Under the pieces are notes generated by a model. That model worked only from the letters and a program-made list of their open reading frames with translations, did no database searches and had not been told where the DNA came from. 64,000 bases of DNA from Octopus vulgaris (taxonomy: Eukaryota): assembly GCA_951406725.2 (NCBI GenBank), contig OX597823.1, forward strand, positions 50,034,001 through 50,098,000, written 5' to 3'. The stretch's first letter is position 1; each line of letters opens with the position of its first letter. A program made the position numbers and the translations under genes. Shown here in pieces: positions 1-13,460 of the stretch.

Positions 1-379
1 GGTTAAAATACCCACAGATGTCTTTCCATCCTTATATAATGTGGCTACCCCACATTATATAGGGGTGGGAAAAAGAAGTTGAAAAAGAGATAAAGGACAT
101 TAGAAAAGGGAAACTTCTGTTTACCTAATGTCTGTGTCTTCATGTTATCGGTTATTTATCGGTGATAGATTTACTACATGACTGTTAACTGAAGATAGTT
201 TCAATTGACATCATTCAAAAGCTAAAACAATGCAAGTAAATGCATTGTGACCAGTAAGGTGTAACAACATCTGATAGTCTTGTTGGTCAAGTGATATACA
301 TATATAGTTTCATGCTTTACATGGCAAAAAAGCATTCTAACCATGCTCTTTATACCAACCATGTCTATGTGTATCCGTA

Positions 380-620
380 GAGGCGTGTGGCTTAGTGGTT
401 AGAGTGTTGGATTCATGATCAAAAGATTGTGGTTTTGGTTCCTGGACTAGGTGACACATTGTGTTCTTGAGCAAAACACTTTATTTCCAGTTGCTCCAGT
501 CCACTCAACTGGCGAAAATGAGTAATCTTGCGACAGACCAGTGTCCTGTCCAAGTGGGGAATATACACGCCATGAATATCAGGATATCAGCCCCTGCAAG
601 TTTGTATGACTCGAGAAGGT
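380..620 (+). mobile_element. tRNA-derived SINE (GGCTTAGTGGTTAG-head family)
   Basis: A-box TGGCTTAGTGG, degenerate B-box, core TTGTGTTCTTGAGCAAAACACTTTATTT. Related copies at ~2255-2560, 11470-11800, 41660-41985 (-) and 49163-49410. Confidence 0.75.
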
Positions 621-704
621 CTCAGTGGGTGGGTATTTGTGATTTAAGTTCTTTGTGAAGAGGATGTCCAGTTGGTAGTGAATGACCTGTACTAATAAGT
701 ATAA

Positions 705-900
705 CCCTTTGGCATTGAGATGACTCTGTCAAATGTAATATTTAATTCACATTGTTTTCAATTAATCATACATTATCTTGTAACATTGAGATTTTGATGA
801 TGATTGTTTATTTTTAGAATAACATTGTCACATAAGTGTGAGAGGTTGGAGCTGGCCGGTTTGTCAACAGGTAGAATACTTGAGCCTTGTAGACTAAAGG
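705..900. mobile_element. piggyBac-like MITE
   Basis: CCCTTT...TAAAGG termini in near-TTAA context. Related copies at ~3065-3308, 10375-10590 and 31578-31800. Confidence 0.6.
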
Positions 901-1389
901 TTGAATGTGGAATAAGCTATTTTTAAGAAGTCAACCAAAGACAGAGGATAATGCCTGTGACATTTGTAGCTTCTATTCTTTCATTAACAATTGCTAATCT
1001 TCAGATATTTATTAAAAGTAAAATGAGAGTTTCTCAATGGAATATATGCAATTGCTAGCCTAACCCAAGTCAAATGGGTAAAGAATGGGAAGCAACATTG
1101 GATAAATAATTTCATTATAGAAGCACAAAAGATAACAGATGAATAATGTATCTGTGTGTGTATAAATGTATGTTGATATATTTCACACTCTCGCACACAT
1201 GATACAATAGAATCCAGAGGGACTGGGGTTGGTCTGCATTGGCAAGGCTTAGGAAAAGAGTACAAAGAGTGGAAAATCCAGCATTCTAGACTCTTCAAGG
1301 AAATGTTGACAGGAGTAAATTTTCACTCAGTGAAATTCATCATGCTGTTTTGTTAATTTTATTTTATATATATATATATATATATATAC

Positions 1390-1862
1390 CATCATCATCA
1401 CCATCATTTAATGTCCGCTTTCCATGCTGGCATGGGTTAGACAGTTTGACTGTGGACTGGTAAACCGGGAGGCTGCACCAGGCTCCAATGTGGTCTGGCA
1501 AGGTTTCTACAGCTGGATCCCCTTCCTAACACTAACCACTCCGAGAGTGCTTTTTACATGCTGCCGGCATGGACACCAGTCAGGCAGCACTGGCATCGGT
1601 CACGCTTGAATGGTGCTTATTACATGCCTCCAGCACAGGAACCAGTCGGGCAGCGCCAGCATTGACACACTCAGGTGGCACTGGTGTCGGCTGCGACTAC
1701 GATTTCACTTGGCTCAACAGGTCCTCTCAAGCACAACATATTACCCAACAATTAAGGGGTACTTTTAAACAGGCCAGTTATGCGACACTAGCATTGGCCA
1801 TGGCTATGATCTCACTTGGCTTGCCTGGTCTTCTCAAGCACAGCATATCTCCAAAGGTCTCA
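1390..1862 (-). mobile_element. Retroposon (SINE or LINE tail) with (GAT)n 3' tail
   Basis: catcatcat-TTTAATGTCCGCTTTCCATGCTGGCATGGGTT...GGAT(G)CCCTTCCTAA. More than ten copies in the window, e.g. 4095-4285, 34506-34790, 38205-38457, 46715-47173, 61035-61310. Confidence 0.8.
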
Positions 1863-2562
1863 GTTGAAATAAACAATCAATTCAAATAAATGTGTAAAAG
1901 TTAATGGACAACGAGAGGACATGCACAAGAAATGTGTTAGCTTCATGCTCAGTGAAAAGAGTGAGTTTGACATTCCGAGCAAAGCTCTTCATCGGAAAGG
2001 AAGAAGGACAAAGTCCAAAGAAGGAAAAGAAATCGCCAACATGTAATTTTAAACACAGACACACACATACACATGAGCATAGACTCAAAACTTGAAAGAC
2101 TCTTCCATTTTACCTGAGCACCAAACTAAAACATCTTGTTTGTTGTTCCCTCACTTGTCTCTCTTTTGTTTCCTGCTTTTTGTACAATTTCGAAGCATGT
2201 GAGTGTGTGGAGAGAGAAAGGTAAATAGACATATATATATATATATATATATGTGGAGGCACAATGGCCCAGTGGTTAGGGCAGCGTACTCGTGGTCATA
2301 GGATCGTGATTTTGATTCCCAGACTGGGTATTGTGAGTGTTTATTGAGTGAAAACACCTAAAACTCCACAAGGCTTTGGCAGGGGGTGGTGGCAATCCCT
2401 GCTGTACTCTTTCACCACAAATTTCTCTCACTCTTTCTTCTGTTGGCCTGCCCGCTTAGTCAGCGAGGTGGCGTCATTTGAAGGCTAAAACAATGCGAAG
2501 CGCATTGTGACCAATGATGTGTAGCAATGGCTGATAGTCTGGTCGGTCACAGTGATCACGGT

Positions 2563-2599
<37 letters not shown>

Positions 2600-2694
2600 T
2601 AAATGACTTTACTGGGGAGGCTCAACAAGGAGACTCCTCTATAATTCCCTTTTTAAAAATTGGAATTATGGCACCATATTGCCTTGCTTTGATG

Positions 2695-3372
2695 TCTTTT
2701 GGATGCAGGATCAGTTGGCTGATATCTACAGTTGACATGGTGATACTTGGTTCGTCAGAAAGTGATCTCTAGTATATCCTAAATCGATTCGCTGCCAAGT
2801 ATTGTGCAAGGTAAGGATGTGACCTAGTGTGGTGAAGACTGAGGCATTGGTCCTCTGAAGAAAGTCTTTCCTTGTTCATTCTGCATCTTTGCAGAACATC
2901 ACTGAGACAAGTGGAGAAGTTTAAATATCTCAAGCATGTGTTCGTGAGTGATGTGATGCAGGAGGCCGAATTGGATGCTAGAATTGCTGGTGCTGGCACA
3001 TGACTGCATCAACACCAGCAGTCAATGCTCAGAAGAGGAAAGGTTGATAAAAGAAAAAATAAGTTAAACTTGCCGTCTTTAATTATTAAATGTTCAGGTT
3101 ATTCTTTCAAATGTAATGCTTATTTAGTTACATTGGTTTGTATTAATCATTCATTATCTCATAGCTTCAATATTTTCATGATGTGATAGTTTTTTGTTTT
3201 TATTTAGTTAGAAGATATTATAGGGTAGGTGTAAGAGGCTGGATCTGGCCAGTTTAAACATAAAATAGAATATTTAGGCTGGATACGGCCGGTTTAAATA
3301 CTAAAAGATCAATTTGATTTTTATGCCTCTGCTCACCTATGGTCATGAATGTTTGGTAATGACTGAAAGAGA
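2695..3372 (+). mobile_element. Decayed RTE-clade LINE reverse transcriptase fragment, interrupted by a MITE at ~3065-3308
   Basis: GCRISWLISTVDMVILGSSESDL (degenerate YADD region), LRQVEKFKYL...ELDARI and IFMPLLTYGHECLVMTER, with stops and frameshifts. Confidence 0.7.
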
Positions 3373-3433
3373 ATGGTATTATTTCTTTCCTTTACTTTTT
3401 GTGATATGTTACATTTCTAATTCTCATTTACAG

Positions 3434-3510
3434 AGAGCATCTCCCAAATTCAATAAAATTCCATTTTTTCTCCAACCACATGCAAGTATGGGAATAAAAT
3501 TACCTAAAAA
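3434..3510 (+). CDS. WDR48: WD repeat-containing protein 48 (UAF1), third-last coding exon
   Basis: Acceptor ttacag|AGA and donor AA|gtaagc. Translates [25 protein letters not shown](K), matching vertebrate WDR48 [24 protein letters not shown]. 77 nt, ends phase 2, which fits the next exon. Confidence 0.95.
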
Positions 3511-4821
3511 GTAAGCAACTTTTTCATTGATATATCTTAATTTTTTTTCTTATGCCATCTGGAAAGCTTAACATTCTAATTATGATTGTAATTTCTGGAG
3601 GTTATTAAAGTCGTCATTTACATCTCTGGGTTTTATATTTTCCGTTGGCCCAGCCTTTGGCTATCTACCTTTGGTCAGTTCCTATGTACATAGATGCATG
3701 CATGCATGCATGAAGACAGACATGTATACATTTATTTATTTTTCTGGTACCTGGAGTTTGTCACTGATCAGATTGCTTGAAATATATAGTGTTAAATTCA
3801 TCACGTTTACATGAAAGATTGTGAATGGCCATCACCACATCTATGATGGTGCCAGTTCTTTACAATTAGCACGTGCAACTTCAAGGCAAAAAGACATGAA
3901 CACACACACACACACAGTATAAGTTTCTTTGAATTTTCATCTACCAAATCCACTTGCAAGGCCCAGAGTTAAGATGAAGACACTTGCCCAAGGTACTGTG
4001 TTGTGGGACTGAACCTGAAACTACACAGTTGTGAAACAAACTTCTGAACCACACAGACTTACCTGTGTTTATCTAACTTTTTGTAGTGTCTTTTCATCAT
4101 CATAATTTAACATCTGTTTTCCATGGTGGCATGGGTTGGACAGTTTGACAGGAGCTGACAAGCCAAGGGATTGCACCAACATCCAGTCTCTGTTTTTGCA
4201 TGGTTTTTACAACTGGATGACCTTCCTAATGCCAACCTCTTTACAGAGTGGACTTGGTGCTGTTTATGTGGCACCAGCACTGGCAAAGTCTCTAATATTG
4301 TTAACAGTTTGTAATTGACTTAGTATCTCTGTTCTGTTCTTACTTCAAAGATTCCAGACGTTTCAGTTATTATTAGTTACACCTCAACTCTATGTCTCCA
4401 ACATTATGTTTGAATTTAAATTACGTTCACATGTGAGTTTTCTGCATTAAATTTCTTGTGTTCTGCTGTTCCAATTTACAGCCATGCCATCTTTAAATGA
4501 TGTTGGTTTTCGAGATTGGCATGTACTAAAAACAATAGGACTGACGTAGACTAATCAAAGGCACTTGTCTTGTTTATACATCATGCTGACAACACAAAAA
4601 GCAGCAGTTAAATTAAAACGTCACTACTGTGTATAAAATAGAAAAAAACATTGGTTAATGTAGCTCTAGATATATTGCATCTGAAAAAAAACCCCAAATG
4701 ATCGTGGCCGGAACATTTTTGAGTATACATCTGCTCAATCATGGCTGACCTTGGGTCAAATAACTGTATCAAGCTGAACACAAATGAATGGCTGAGAGTT
4801 AGTTATAAGCCATAGACTATA

Positions 4822-5150
4822 TTCTTTTACTTGTTTCAGCAATTTGACTGCAACCATGCTGGAACACTGCCTTGAAGGATTTTAGTTGAACAATTCAACC
4901 CCAGGGCTTATTGTTTTTTAAGCCTAGTACTTATTCTATCAGTCTCTTTTGCTGAATCACTAAATTACGGGTATGTAAATGCATCAACACCTGTTGGACT
5001 TCTTTCAGTTTCCGTCAGCCAGATCCACTCACAAGGCTTTGGTCAGTACAAGGCTATAGTAGAAGACACTTGCCCAAGGTGTCACGCAGTGGGACTGAAC
5101 CCAGAACCATGTAGTTGGGAAGCAAGCTTTTTACCACACAGCCATGCCTA
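4822..5150 (-). mobile_element. tRNA-derived SINE (GGCTGTGTGGTAAG-head family)
   Basis: Reverse complement of head GGCATGGCTGTGTGGTAA...GGTTCAGTCCCACTG and tail ...CCAGCATGG...TGAAACAAGTAAAAGAATA. Confidence 0.8.
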
Positions 5151-5279
5151 TACCTATTTTTACTGTACCTTATGATTTCAGTTATTTGGAGCAGAGAGAA
5201 ATAGTTGTGCTACTGTATTGCATCATCATCATTGTTATCATCTTCTCTAATAAATGAGTGGTTCTTTTGTCCGTTATAG

Positions 5280-5475
5280 AGACCGGTTGTCTGCCAGTGA
5301 TGTGATTCAGGTTCGGAAGGTCATTGAACATGTGTACGAAAAGGTTCTTGGTCAGGGCTCAGATGCAGGTTCTCAAACAGCAAACAGCAATCATGAGAAA
5401 AGTGATGGAGAGAAAGATTCCGAAGACGTAACTTCTATTGCAGAGGAGAAAGTGGAAATTCTTTGTAATGATCAG
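5280..5475 (+). CDS. WDR48: WDR48 penultimate coding exon (SUMO-like domain region)
   Basis: Acceptor ttatag|A and donor CAG|gtaaga. Translates DRLSASDVIQVRKVIEHVYEKV...IAEEKVEILCNDQ, matching WDR48 [22 protein letters not shown]...LAEEKIELLCQDQ. Confidence 0.97.
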
Positions 5476-5645
5476 GTAAGAGAAATTACAGTTCAGCTAA
5501 TTTGCATTTCAGCCTTTTGTTTAATATTGCAATAAACAAGTGTTTGTTATGTTTTGCATTAAGAGATACAGTTTCTTAACAGGTGGGGGGGAAAAAAAAC
5601 AAAACAAAAAAAAACATCTGAAAATGTTCGATACTTCTTTTGCAG

Positions 5646-5738
5646 ATTCTTGATCCCAACATGGATTTGCGGACAGTGAAGCATTTTATTTGGAAGCAAG
5701 GTGGAGACCTCATATTACAGTATCGGCGTATAAAATGA
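5646..5738 (+). CDS. WDR48: WDR48 last coding exon
   Basis: Acceptor ctttttgcag|ATT. Translates [30 protein letters not shown] (TGA 5736-5738), matching WDR48 [29 protein letters not shown]. Confidence 0.97.
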   Translation: MLDPNMDLRTVKHFIWKQGGDLILQYRRIK

Positions 5739-8368
5739 TGTTTTGAAGCAGCATTGAGCTTGGTGCTCCAACTTATCTTCTCAGGCTGCACCTACACATA
5801 GCAAGATGTTTTGCAACTGTTGTTTTGTGTACTCTTGCTATAAAATACTGCTCGCCAGATGACATTGTTTCAGACATTCGAATGCCTGGAACAAGTGTCG
5901 ACCTCAGTGCCGAAGGGGTGTGGTATTGACTTAAAATAATTGAAGAAGAAACTACAGTAGCTACTTGTGGGTAGCTGGACAATCAGAAACAACAAACTGC
6001 CAGCGTGTAAACTATATTGCAGGACTTTCTCAAATCAATCTGCACAGCAGCTCAAACTCTGTCGTGACCAAGCTTGTAATGTGTGCATATCCTCATATCT
6101 GAATGTAAACTGTTCCCCCCCTAGGCCGTTCTTATCTTAACTGATGCTTTTACACTGTTGATTATTATTCTGTCTAACCTCAGTCTCCATTGGTATCTCG
6201 TTTAGTTTATACATCTCGAATTTGTCCAAGTGCAAAGAGATATTTCTTTAGCACTGATGTTTGGTCAATTTTATAAGCTGTTTGCAGTGAAAGGTGTCTT
6301 GCCACTGACCAATTCCTGATGTGTAGTTGCAACTCTCCTCTAGTTGCTTCACATAACTCCTAACACTATTAGTGCCTGAAAAGCAGTATAACTCCTGGCA
6401 TCATATAATTTTTTTGTTAGATTCTTTTTTTTTTTTTTTCTGTTCCTTTCATAATGGATGCTATATTATTCTCATGGATAAGACTAAATAGACTGACATC
6501 CTTACTCTCACTGTATTGCATCTACACATCATTTCTGGGTGGGCATCCTGCATAAAAATGTGTAAGTGCATGTGTAAATAAGCGTGTGCTGGTGAAGAAA
6601 GAAGTGGAAAGAGCTTCTGGAAATTTCCACTTCATTCTTGTAGTAACAGTTAAGAGTAAGGAAGCAAAACGAGCAGGGTTACCTTCCTTATCCATGTCAT
6701 CCCAGATGTCTTGTGGTACGAGGATTATCCACTGCTAATCTAGATTCAATGAATGCAAACCATACATGAATTAATGAAACATAGTTGTTGGATTTTATTT
6801 AACTTTTTTTTTTTTTTTATCAGATTTGAAATGAGCTGATTAATTTGGCTGTGCACTGTAAAGATAACTTTTGACTGTGATAGCATCAATTGGAACCAAC
6901 TATCAGGTTATTTTGGTTCACCAAATTGACTTCTGTCCTTTACTAAAGCAGTTTAAACTAATATGGCTGTTTTCATTTCTAGTATCATTGTTGGCTTTTC
7001 TTTCTCTACCTTCTCTAAGTTAAATCTATTTTTTTATACCTGTCAGCTGGTCAGTTGATAAACTATATTTGATGATGGTTAAATCAAGTTCGAGATTGTT
7101 CAAAAGTCTTGCAAATCATTTCAATGAATTGCTAATCTAAGTTTCCATTTTCGGAAGGGAGGCATACAATCAGTGCTGAAATATGATCAGCAATGCTCTC
7201 ACACTCTCTTCTTTTTAGTATCATCATCATGATCATCATCATCACCATCATCAAGGCCTGAATGTTTTTTTTTTTAATTGTTATGGTTACAGCCTTTCCA
7301 GTAGAGGAGTCTGTTTACTAGCCTTATTACCTTCCTAACCATCAAAAATAAGTTACAGTTGACTCTTAGTTATTCCAGCATTTCATCTTCAAATGAATGT
7401 TATTTTAAATTACTTTTACCATTTTTATCTTCTTTGTTTATTTCTGATTGTCTGACAGAAGAAACTCAATAATGATGATAATAATAATAATGACAAATTC
7501 CCCAGTATTTATTGTTTAAAAAGGAATTTAATTCTTCGTTTCTGTGAAGACATTGTTGAGTGGTTTAGTGTTAGGAAAAGCATTCAGTTTGAAGAAACAC
7601 AAAATCCAGAAAACCCATACATACACGTTCACATTTGCAGAAATATCAAATTGATGCTAGAGAATGGAGGAAAAAAAAAATAATAATAATGTAGTTGTTG
7701 ATGATGGTGGGGTGGAAGGCGTCTGTATTGGCCTACATGTATAACGCTGTCAGTGATATTGTTACAAAGAGGGTATATTTACAATATAGGGAATCCTCAA
7801 ACTTTCTGGACAGTCTAATCTAGAGAGATCTCAGTTAACCCCCCTACAACAAAGGGGGGAGGGACTGGTTCGTGGGTTAAAAGCTTTATTTTTTTAATTG
7901 AATCTATAGCAATATGACTGGTGTTTCTGCAGTTTTCCGTTTTCTACTTTAAAGGATTCCCCCTGATCCACCATTCCTTAATCTAGTGAATGCATTTATG
8001 AAAATACATAAAAGTAAACAAAAATATTAATGTTTATTTAAGCCTGGTAAGTTGTAAAGGGATTATCCTTCAAATCCCTTTCTTGTTGAATACTTTATAC
8101 ATCAGTTGTTAAATCTTCATTTGCTCAGAAAACTGAAAATTCTTCAGTTTCTTATGAAACAGTTTTGGCATATTGATTTCAATGAAATCAATAACATAGC
8201 AAAAAGACTATTTTAATATTTTATGTGAATTTTTAAAAAAGTAAATTCTCAGAACAAGCGATTGATTGATAGTGTTTTTTTTTATTTCTTAAGTTCCACT
8301 GTAAAAAAAAAAACTTGTTCTAAATCTAGATGTGAAATAGCATGTATGCGTGTTGTGTCTATTCACAT

Positions 8369-8407
<39 letters not shown>

Positions 8408-9830
8408 TATACACACATTCATACTCACACACATACGCTATAAATAGTATACAGTGCCTCAGAGAAAATGCTATATGTTTTTGGCATAAACAGAAAACAA
8501 TCCATTACAACCAAAATGTAAGATATATTCTATGGAGATTTTCAGTGTACTTGCATTTCGTTTGCTTGTCATAATCAGATTCTCAGGTGTAAATTTTTTT
8601 GTAAAGTTCTATTGCATTCTGTTGGGAGATGAAATTCTTCGCGATTTCATATTTCTAATGTTTAGCAGATTTTTCTGCACACTGCTATTCTATAACTTGA
8701 TGTCAAGGAATTTATTTCATCTGTTCCATTTCTCAACCTGCCTAAGTTTACTTATCTCTATAACAGCTAATAGAAATGGGCAGTTTGTTGTTTCGTTATC
8801 TCTAACTTGTTAGACGAACAATAAAGCTTTCTCTACTGAAATTTTTAATCGGTATATCTTGGAAACTCATAAATATTACTTTGTTTCATTGGCAGTAGAA
8901 TTCCTGTTTCCTATAAATGCTAATTTCTTATTACTTATTTACCAGCTTTCGGTAATTAAGCAAATTAGTTAAGATTAAATGTGTTTATTTTAGCATATAT
9001 CTTGTTTATATTTTAGTGTTTGTTTTGTTTTTATTTCTCTCCCTTTTTGTTAAAGAATATTTTTAAAGGAATCTTGCAAAATACATCCAGTTTCAGACAT
9101 CCTGGTATGTAATGAGAATTGCAATGAGCCAACTGCAGAAACAATTGCATTATGCCATCCAAGATTGCGAAAGCTCTTGAAACATTTTCCATAATCGGGT
9201 GTATGTCTTTTCTAAAGTAGTTTCCATTCATAATTCCAAAACTAATATGAAGCCATCTTTTGCTGTTGGTAGTTCAACTTTGTGTTGTGCGTGTGAGTGT
9301 GTACATAGACGCAAGAGGGAAGCGTATATGAGCAAATGTATCAGGACTTAAAACTGTAAATATAGATCATGTCCATAAATGAATGAAAGAAAAAAGATCC
9401 TTAATTTTTTTTTTTTTTTTGTGTCTTTTAAAATGATAGGCTCAGACATTTGCTCACAGAATGAAGCTTGATTGTAGAAAGGAGGCCCTTAGTGGGGTTT
9501 ATTTATTTTTAAAATTGATTTCTAATTTCTTTTCCCCAACCAAGCTTTGTTTGCCAGCTGATAGTTTATCCTTGCACACACACACACAAACACACATATA
9601 TCATGTAGAATGGTAATAACGACTATAAAGAGTTTGAGGCTGTCAGTTTGTAACAGATGCTTATATATGTATATAATATCTTCCCTGTAAAACACAACGA
9701 CTTGGCAACACAACATAAAAATAATGTACAGATATGTCAGAACAATCTGACAAAATATAAACAAAATTATTTGTATTAGATTTTTTTTTCTTTAAATAAA
9801 TATTTATCAAATTTATTTCATGTTATTGTT
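5739..9830 (+). other. WDR48: Probable long 3' UTR of WDR48
   Basis: About 4 kb downstream of the stop with no recognisable SINE or MITE, unlike both flanks. AATAAA at 8820-8825 and 9795-9800, followed by T/GT-rich sequence. The end point is inferred. Confidence 0.55.
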
Positions 9831-9965
9831 ATTTCATTTTTGTGAATGTGTGGATATTTCAGAATACTGTAGAAAAGAAATTCCACCACGAAAATATATT
9901 TCAGCAATAATCTTCATTATTCATTTACTTATTTTATTTTCAGCACTTCAGTTTTTAAAAATATG

Positions 9966-10119
9966 CAGGCATGGCTGTGTAGTAAGATGCTTGCTTCTCA
10001 ACCACATGGTTCCCGGTTCAGTCCCACTGCATGGCATTTTGGGCAAGTGTTTTCTACAATAGCCTTGAGCTGACCAATGCTTCATGAGTAGATTTGGTAG
10101 GTGGACACTGAAAGAAGCC

Positions 10120-10156
<37 letters not shown>

Positions 10157-10360
10157 TTTGTGTGTTTGTCCACCAACCATCACTTGACAACCAATGTTGG
10201 TGTGTTAAATACCTGTAACTTAGTTGTTAGGCAAAAGGGACTGATAAAATAAGTACTAGGCTTACAGTGAATAAGTCCTGGATTTGAATTCTGTGACAAA
10301 AAACCTTTTAAGCCGGTTCTCCAGCATGGTTGCAGTCAATTGACTAAAACAAGTATCAGA
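9966..10360 (+). mobile_element. tRNA-derived SINE (GGCTGTGTGGTAAG-head family), near full length
   Basis: Head, internal (TA)n and tail present. Further copies at ~17030-17505, 18685-19060, 32180-32760, 39150-39535, 48450-48825, 55335-55890 and 58585-58905. Confidence 0.8.
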
Positions 10361-11079
10361 ACAGCAAATAAATATATATTTAAACTGGCCCAAACATTCC
10401 ACCTGTGTTATGTTCAAATTGCCCAGATTTAGCCTTGTCACACCTACTCTTCAACACCATTTTAAAAATAAACAATCACATCATCTCATCAAAATCTCAC
10501 AGCTACAAGATGAGCCGTGATTGATTAATTCAAAACAATGTGAAAAAATAAGCAGTTCATGTGACTGAGTAATCTAAATGCAAGAGTTAAAAAGAAAACG
10601 ATGTAAATGCAATGGAGAGGAGACAACTCTATTTCATTAAATTTCAGTCCTAGTGAAAGACACTAGACTTCTTTCCCACAGTACATAAGCATACTTCATT
10701 TTGATCATTGTTGGACGTCAGTCATGGGCAGGTTGAACATGTTTCCTGTAAAAACTGCTCTATCATCTTTACATTCTATCCTAAAAATGGTTTTACTCCC
10801 AATCTTTTAGAGTACCAACAAAGCAAATAGATTTATCAAACGTAGAATGAATGAGTCAAAGTGCAGTGTGAGGTCTTGAACCAGACTAAGGTGGGTCTAA
10901 TTTTGATGCTTGACTTATTCAGGATTTCTCAATAATACCTTCCAGGATCCTTCAGTGTCTTCACTTAGATATTTTCAGGACTTATTTATATTAATACATC
11001 ACTTGTCTCTGCAAATACTTAAAATTATTTTACTTATAAATCGTTACAACGGCAGCTGATTGTTAGATTATTACTAGAT

Positions 11080-13460
11080 ATTGGTTTCAAATTTTGGCCC
11101 AAGGCCAGCAATTTCAGGGTGGGTATAAGCTCAACTGGTACTTATTTTATCAAGCCTGAAAGGATGAAAAGTAAATTCTATGCAACAGTATTTGAATTTG
11201 GAATGTAAAGTTGGAAGAAATATTGCTAAGCAATTTTCCTGTGTGGTAACAGTTCTGCCAGTTTGCTATCTTGCTATTTGATATTAACAAAGAATCCCGC
11301 TTGTAAGTTGTAATTATAAATCCTACTGAAACTGTTTTCTTTACAGTCTTAGGCATTTTATCCAGCAGCAAATCAAGCCCCAGCCCTCTGTTTTTTAACC
11401 CCTCCATCTAGTGGTGAGTGTTTAGTGTTGGAGAAGTTACTGAAATAGTAGCTTGTTAGTAAAGTAATGTGAAGGTGCACGGCTCAGTGGTTAGAATATC
11501 AGTCTCATAATTATGAGGTAGTGAATTCGATTCCTGGATTGGGCCGTGTGTTATGTTCTTGAGCAAGACACTTTATTTTATGTTGCTCCAGTTCACTCAG
11601 CTGTAGAAATGATTTGCAATGTCATTAGTGCCAATCTGTATCGACCTTTGCTTTTCCCTTGGATAACATCAGTGGCATGGAGAGGAAAGACTGGTATGCA
11701 TAGGTGACTGCTGGTCTTCCATAAACAATCTTGCCTAGATTTGTACCTCAGAGGGGAACTTTCTGGGTGCAGTTCCGTGGTCATTCATGACCAAAGGGGG
11801 GGCTTTTTTTTTTTCGTGGCTTATAATAACCACTGATGGTTTTACAATAATTTCATGTATACATACATATATATAAATATATATATATATTAGTGCAAGC
11901 AACTGCTACCATGAATGTCAGTGTATTATTTGATAAAAAAGAAACCACAGTGAACCATTCATTAAATTAACTAAATTTTGTAGTAATTGATATGCATCAA
12001 AAGAAAAGAATGAGAAATCTACATTCATTAAAAGTTTTAACTGAATATAAAAATAATAATCAGCTCATAGTCAGAAATTTGGGTGAGGGGGAACAGTGGA
12101 TTATATTAGTTTCAAATTTAGGCACGAAGTCAGCGATTTCAGGGGTGGACTCTCTTCTCCTCTGTGCTCAACTGGGACTCATTTTATCAACCCTGAAAGG
12201 ATGAAAGTTGACCTTGAGCAGATTTTGAACTCAGAACGTAAAGACAGATGAAATGAAGCGAATGATTCTGCCAGTGGATTATACTGACCCCAGTATTTGA
12301 TTGGTTATTCATTTTATTAATCCTGAAAGGCAGAAGTGGTTGTTGCAGGATTCGATTTCAGATCATAGTTAAATGTTCTAAGCACACCAGAGAGAAAAAA
12401 AAACTAACATTTCAGGCCTTATCTTCCATTGAAACATTATAACTTTCCCCTTTCTACTCTGACAAATGGCCAGGGCCTGAAATGCCAGATTCCACTCATC
12501 TCTTCATTATGTACTCATGGTATTGGCTGACAGGCCATCACTAGTTTCTTTGTGATAGAAAATATTATTGGGTCCGATTTAAGCACAGGGCCAGCAATTT
12601 TGAGAAGAAGGGAAGTGGTCGATATCATCAACCCTATTATTTGATAGGTAGCTTATTTTATTGAACCTGGAAGGATGAAAGGCAAAGTTGACCTCGGCAA
12701 GATTTGAACTGTGTTGTCGACAACTTTGCTTTTCATCCTTCTAAAATCAATAAAATAAAAAAAAAAAGTTAAGTATTAGGTTGATAATGTTGACTGTTCC
12801 CCTTGTAAATTCTTGGCCTTGTGCCTGTGTCAGAGATAAATGTTTTAAATTTTGGCACAAGGCCAGTAATTTCAGATGAAGGGGAAAGTCGATTACATTG
12901 ACCCCTTCTTTCCAATGCTCAACTGGGACTCATTTTATCAACTCTGAAAGACAAAGCGGACCTTGGCAGAATTTGAACTCAGAACATATAGACCAGTGGT
13001 TCTCAACCAGGGCTCATATGACCACTAGGGGTCTACATAAGGTTTTTGGGGGTCTTTGTAATCAAAGTTGTAAATTTGGGGAAACACAGTAGTATTTAAA
13101 GGATGCATGAAAATATTTTGCTTTAGATATATTTATTGCTAGAAACAGCTATGTTTCTTTCTTTGATGTTTTACATAGTTCAGCATGTTTCTGGCTACTG
13201 AGACAGGTTCACTTAGAGAGTGCTGTTACAAACCTACACAGGTGCATAGGTGAAAAACAAAATAGGAATTTTGAAAGAAGTACCTATAACACTAGATTTT
13301 GATTAACAAATGGCTATGGGAATCCACTAGAATAAAACCGTAATCAAAGGGATCCATAAGTAAAAAAAAAAAAAAATGATTGAGAACCACTGGTACAGAC
13401 AGATGAAACACCAATAAGCATTTAGTCTGGCATGCTAATGATTCTGCCAGCTCACTGCCT
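11080..13460 (-). repeat. Cluster of decayed SINEs of a third family (GAAAGGATGAAAGGCAAAGTCGACC...GAATTTGAACTCAGAAC)
   Basis: At least five partial copies. The family also clusters at 23850-24420 and 28320-29080, with single copies at 32430-32655, 50020-50140 and 60140-60290. Confidence 0.7.
12994..13392. mobile_element. hAT (Charlie/MER5-like) MITE inserted in a SINE
   Basis: TIRs CAGTGGTTCTCAA / TTGAGAACCACTG; imperfect 8-bp TSD atatagac/gtacagac. Confidence 0.8.

Noticed and set aside
975-1010. Minus-strand CTGAAGA-TTAGC-AATT-GTTAA-T-GAAA hammerhead-like core
   Set aside because: No stem I, stem III or NUH site can be built from the flanks.
9966-10040. SINE heads as functional tRNA genes
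   Set aside because: They continue into SINE bodies, are highly diverged, and lack intact acceptor stems.
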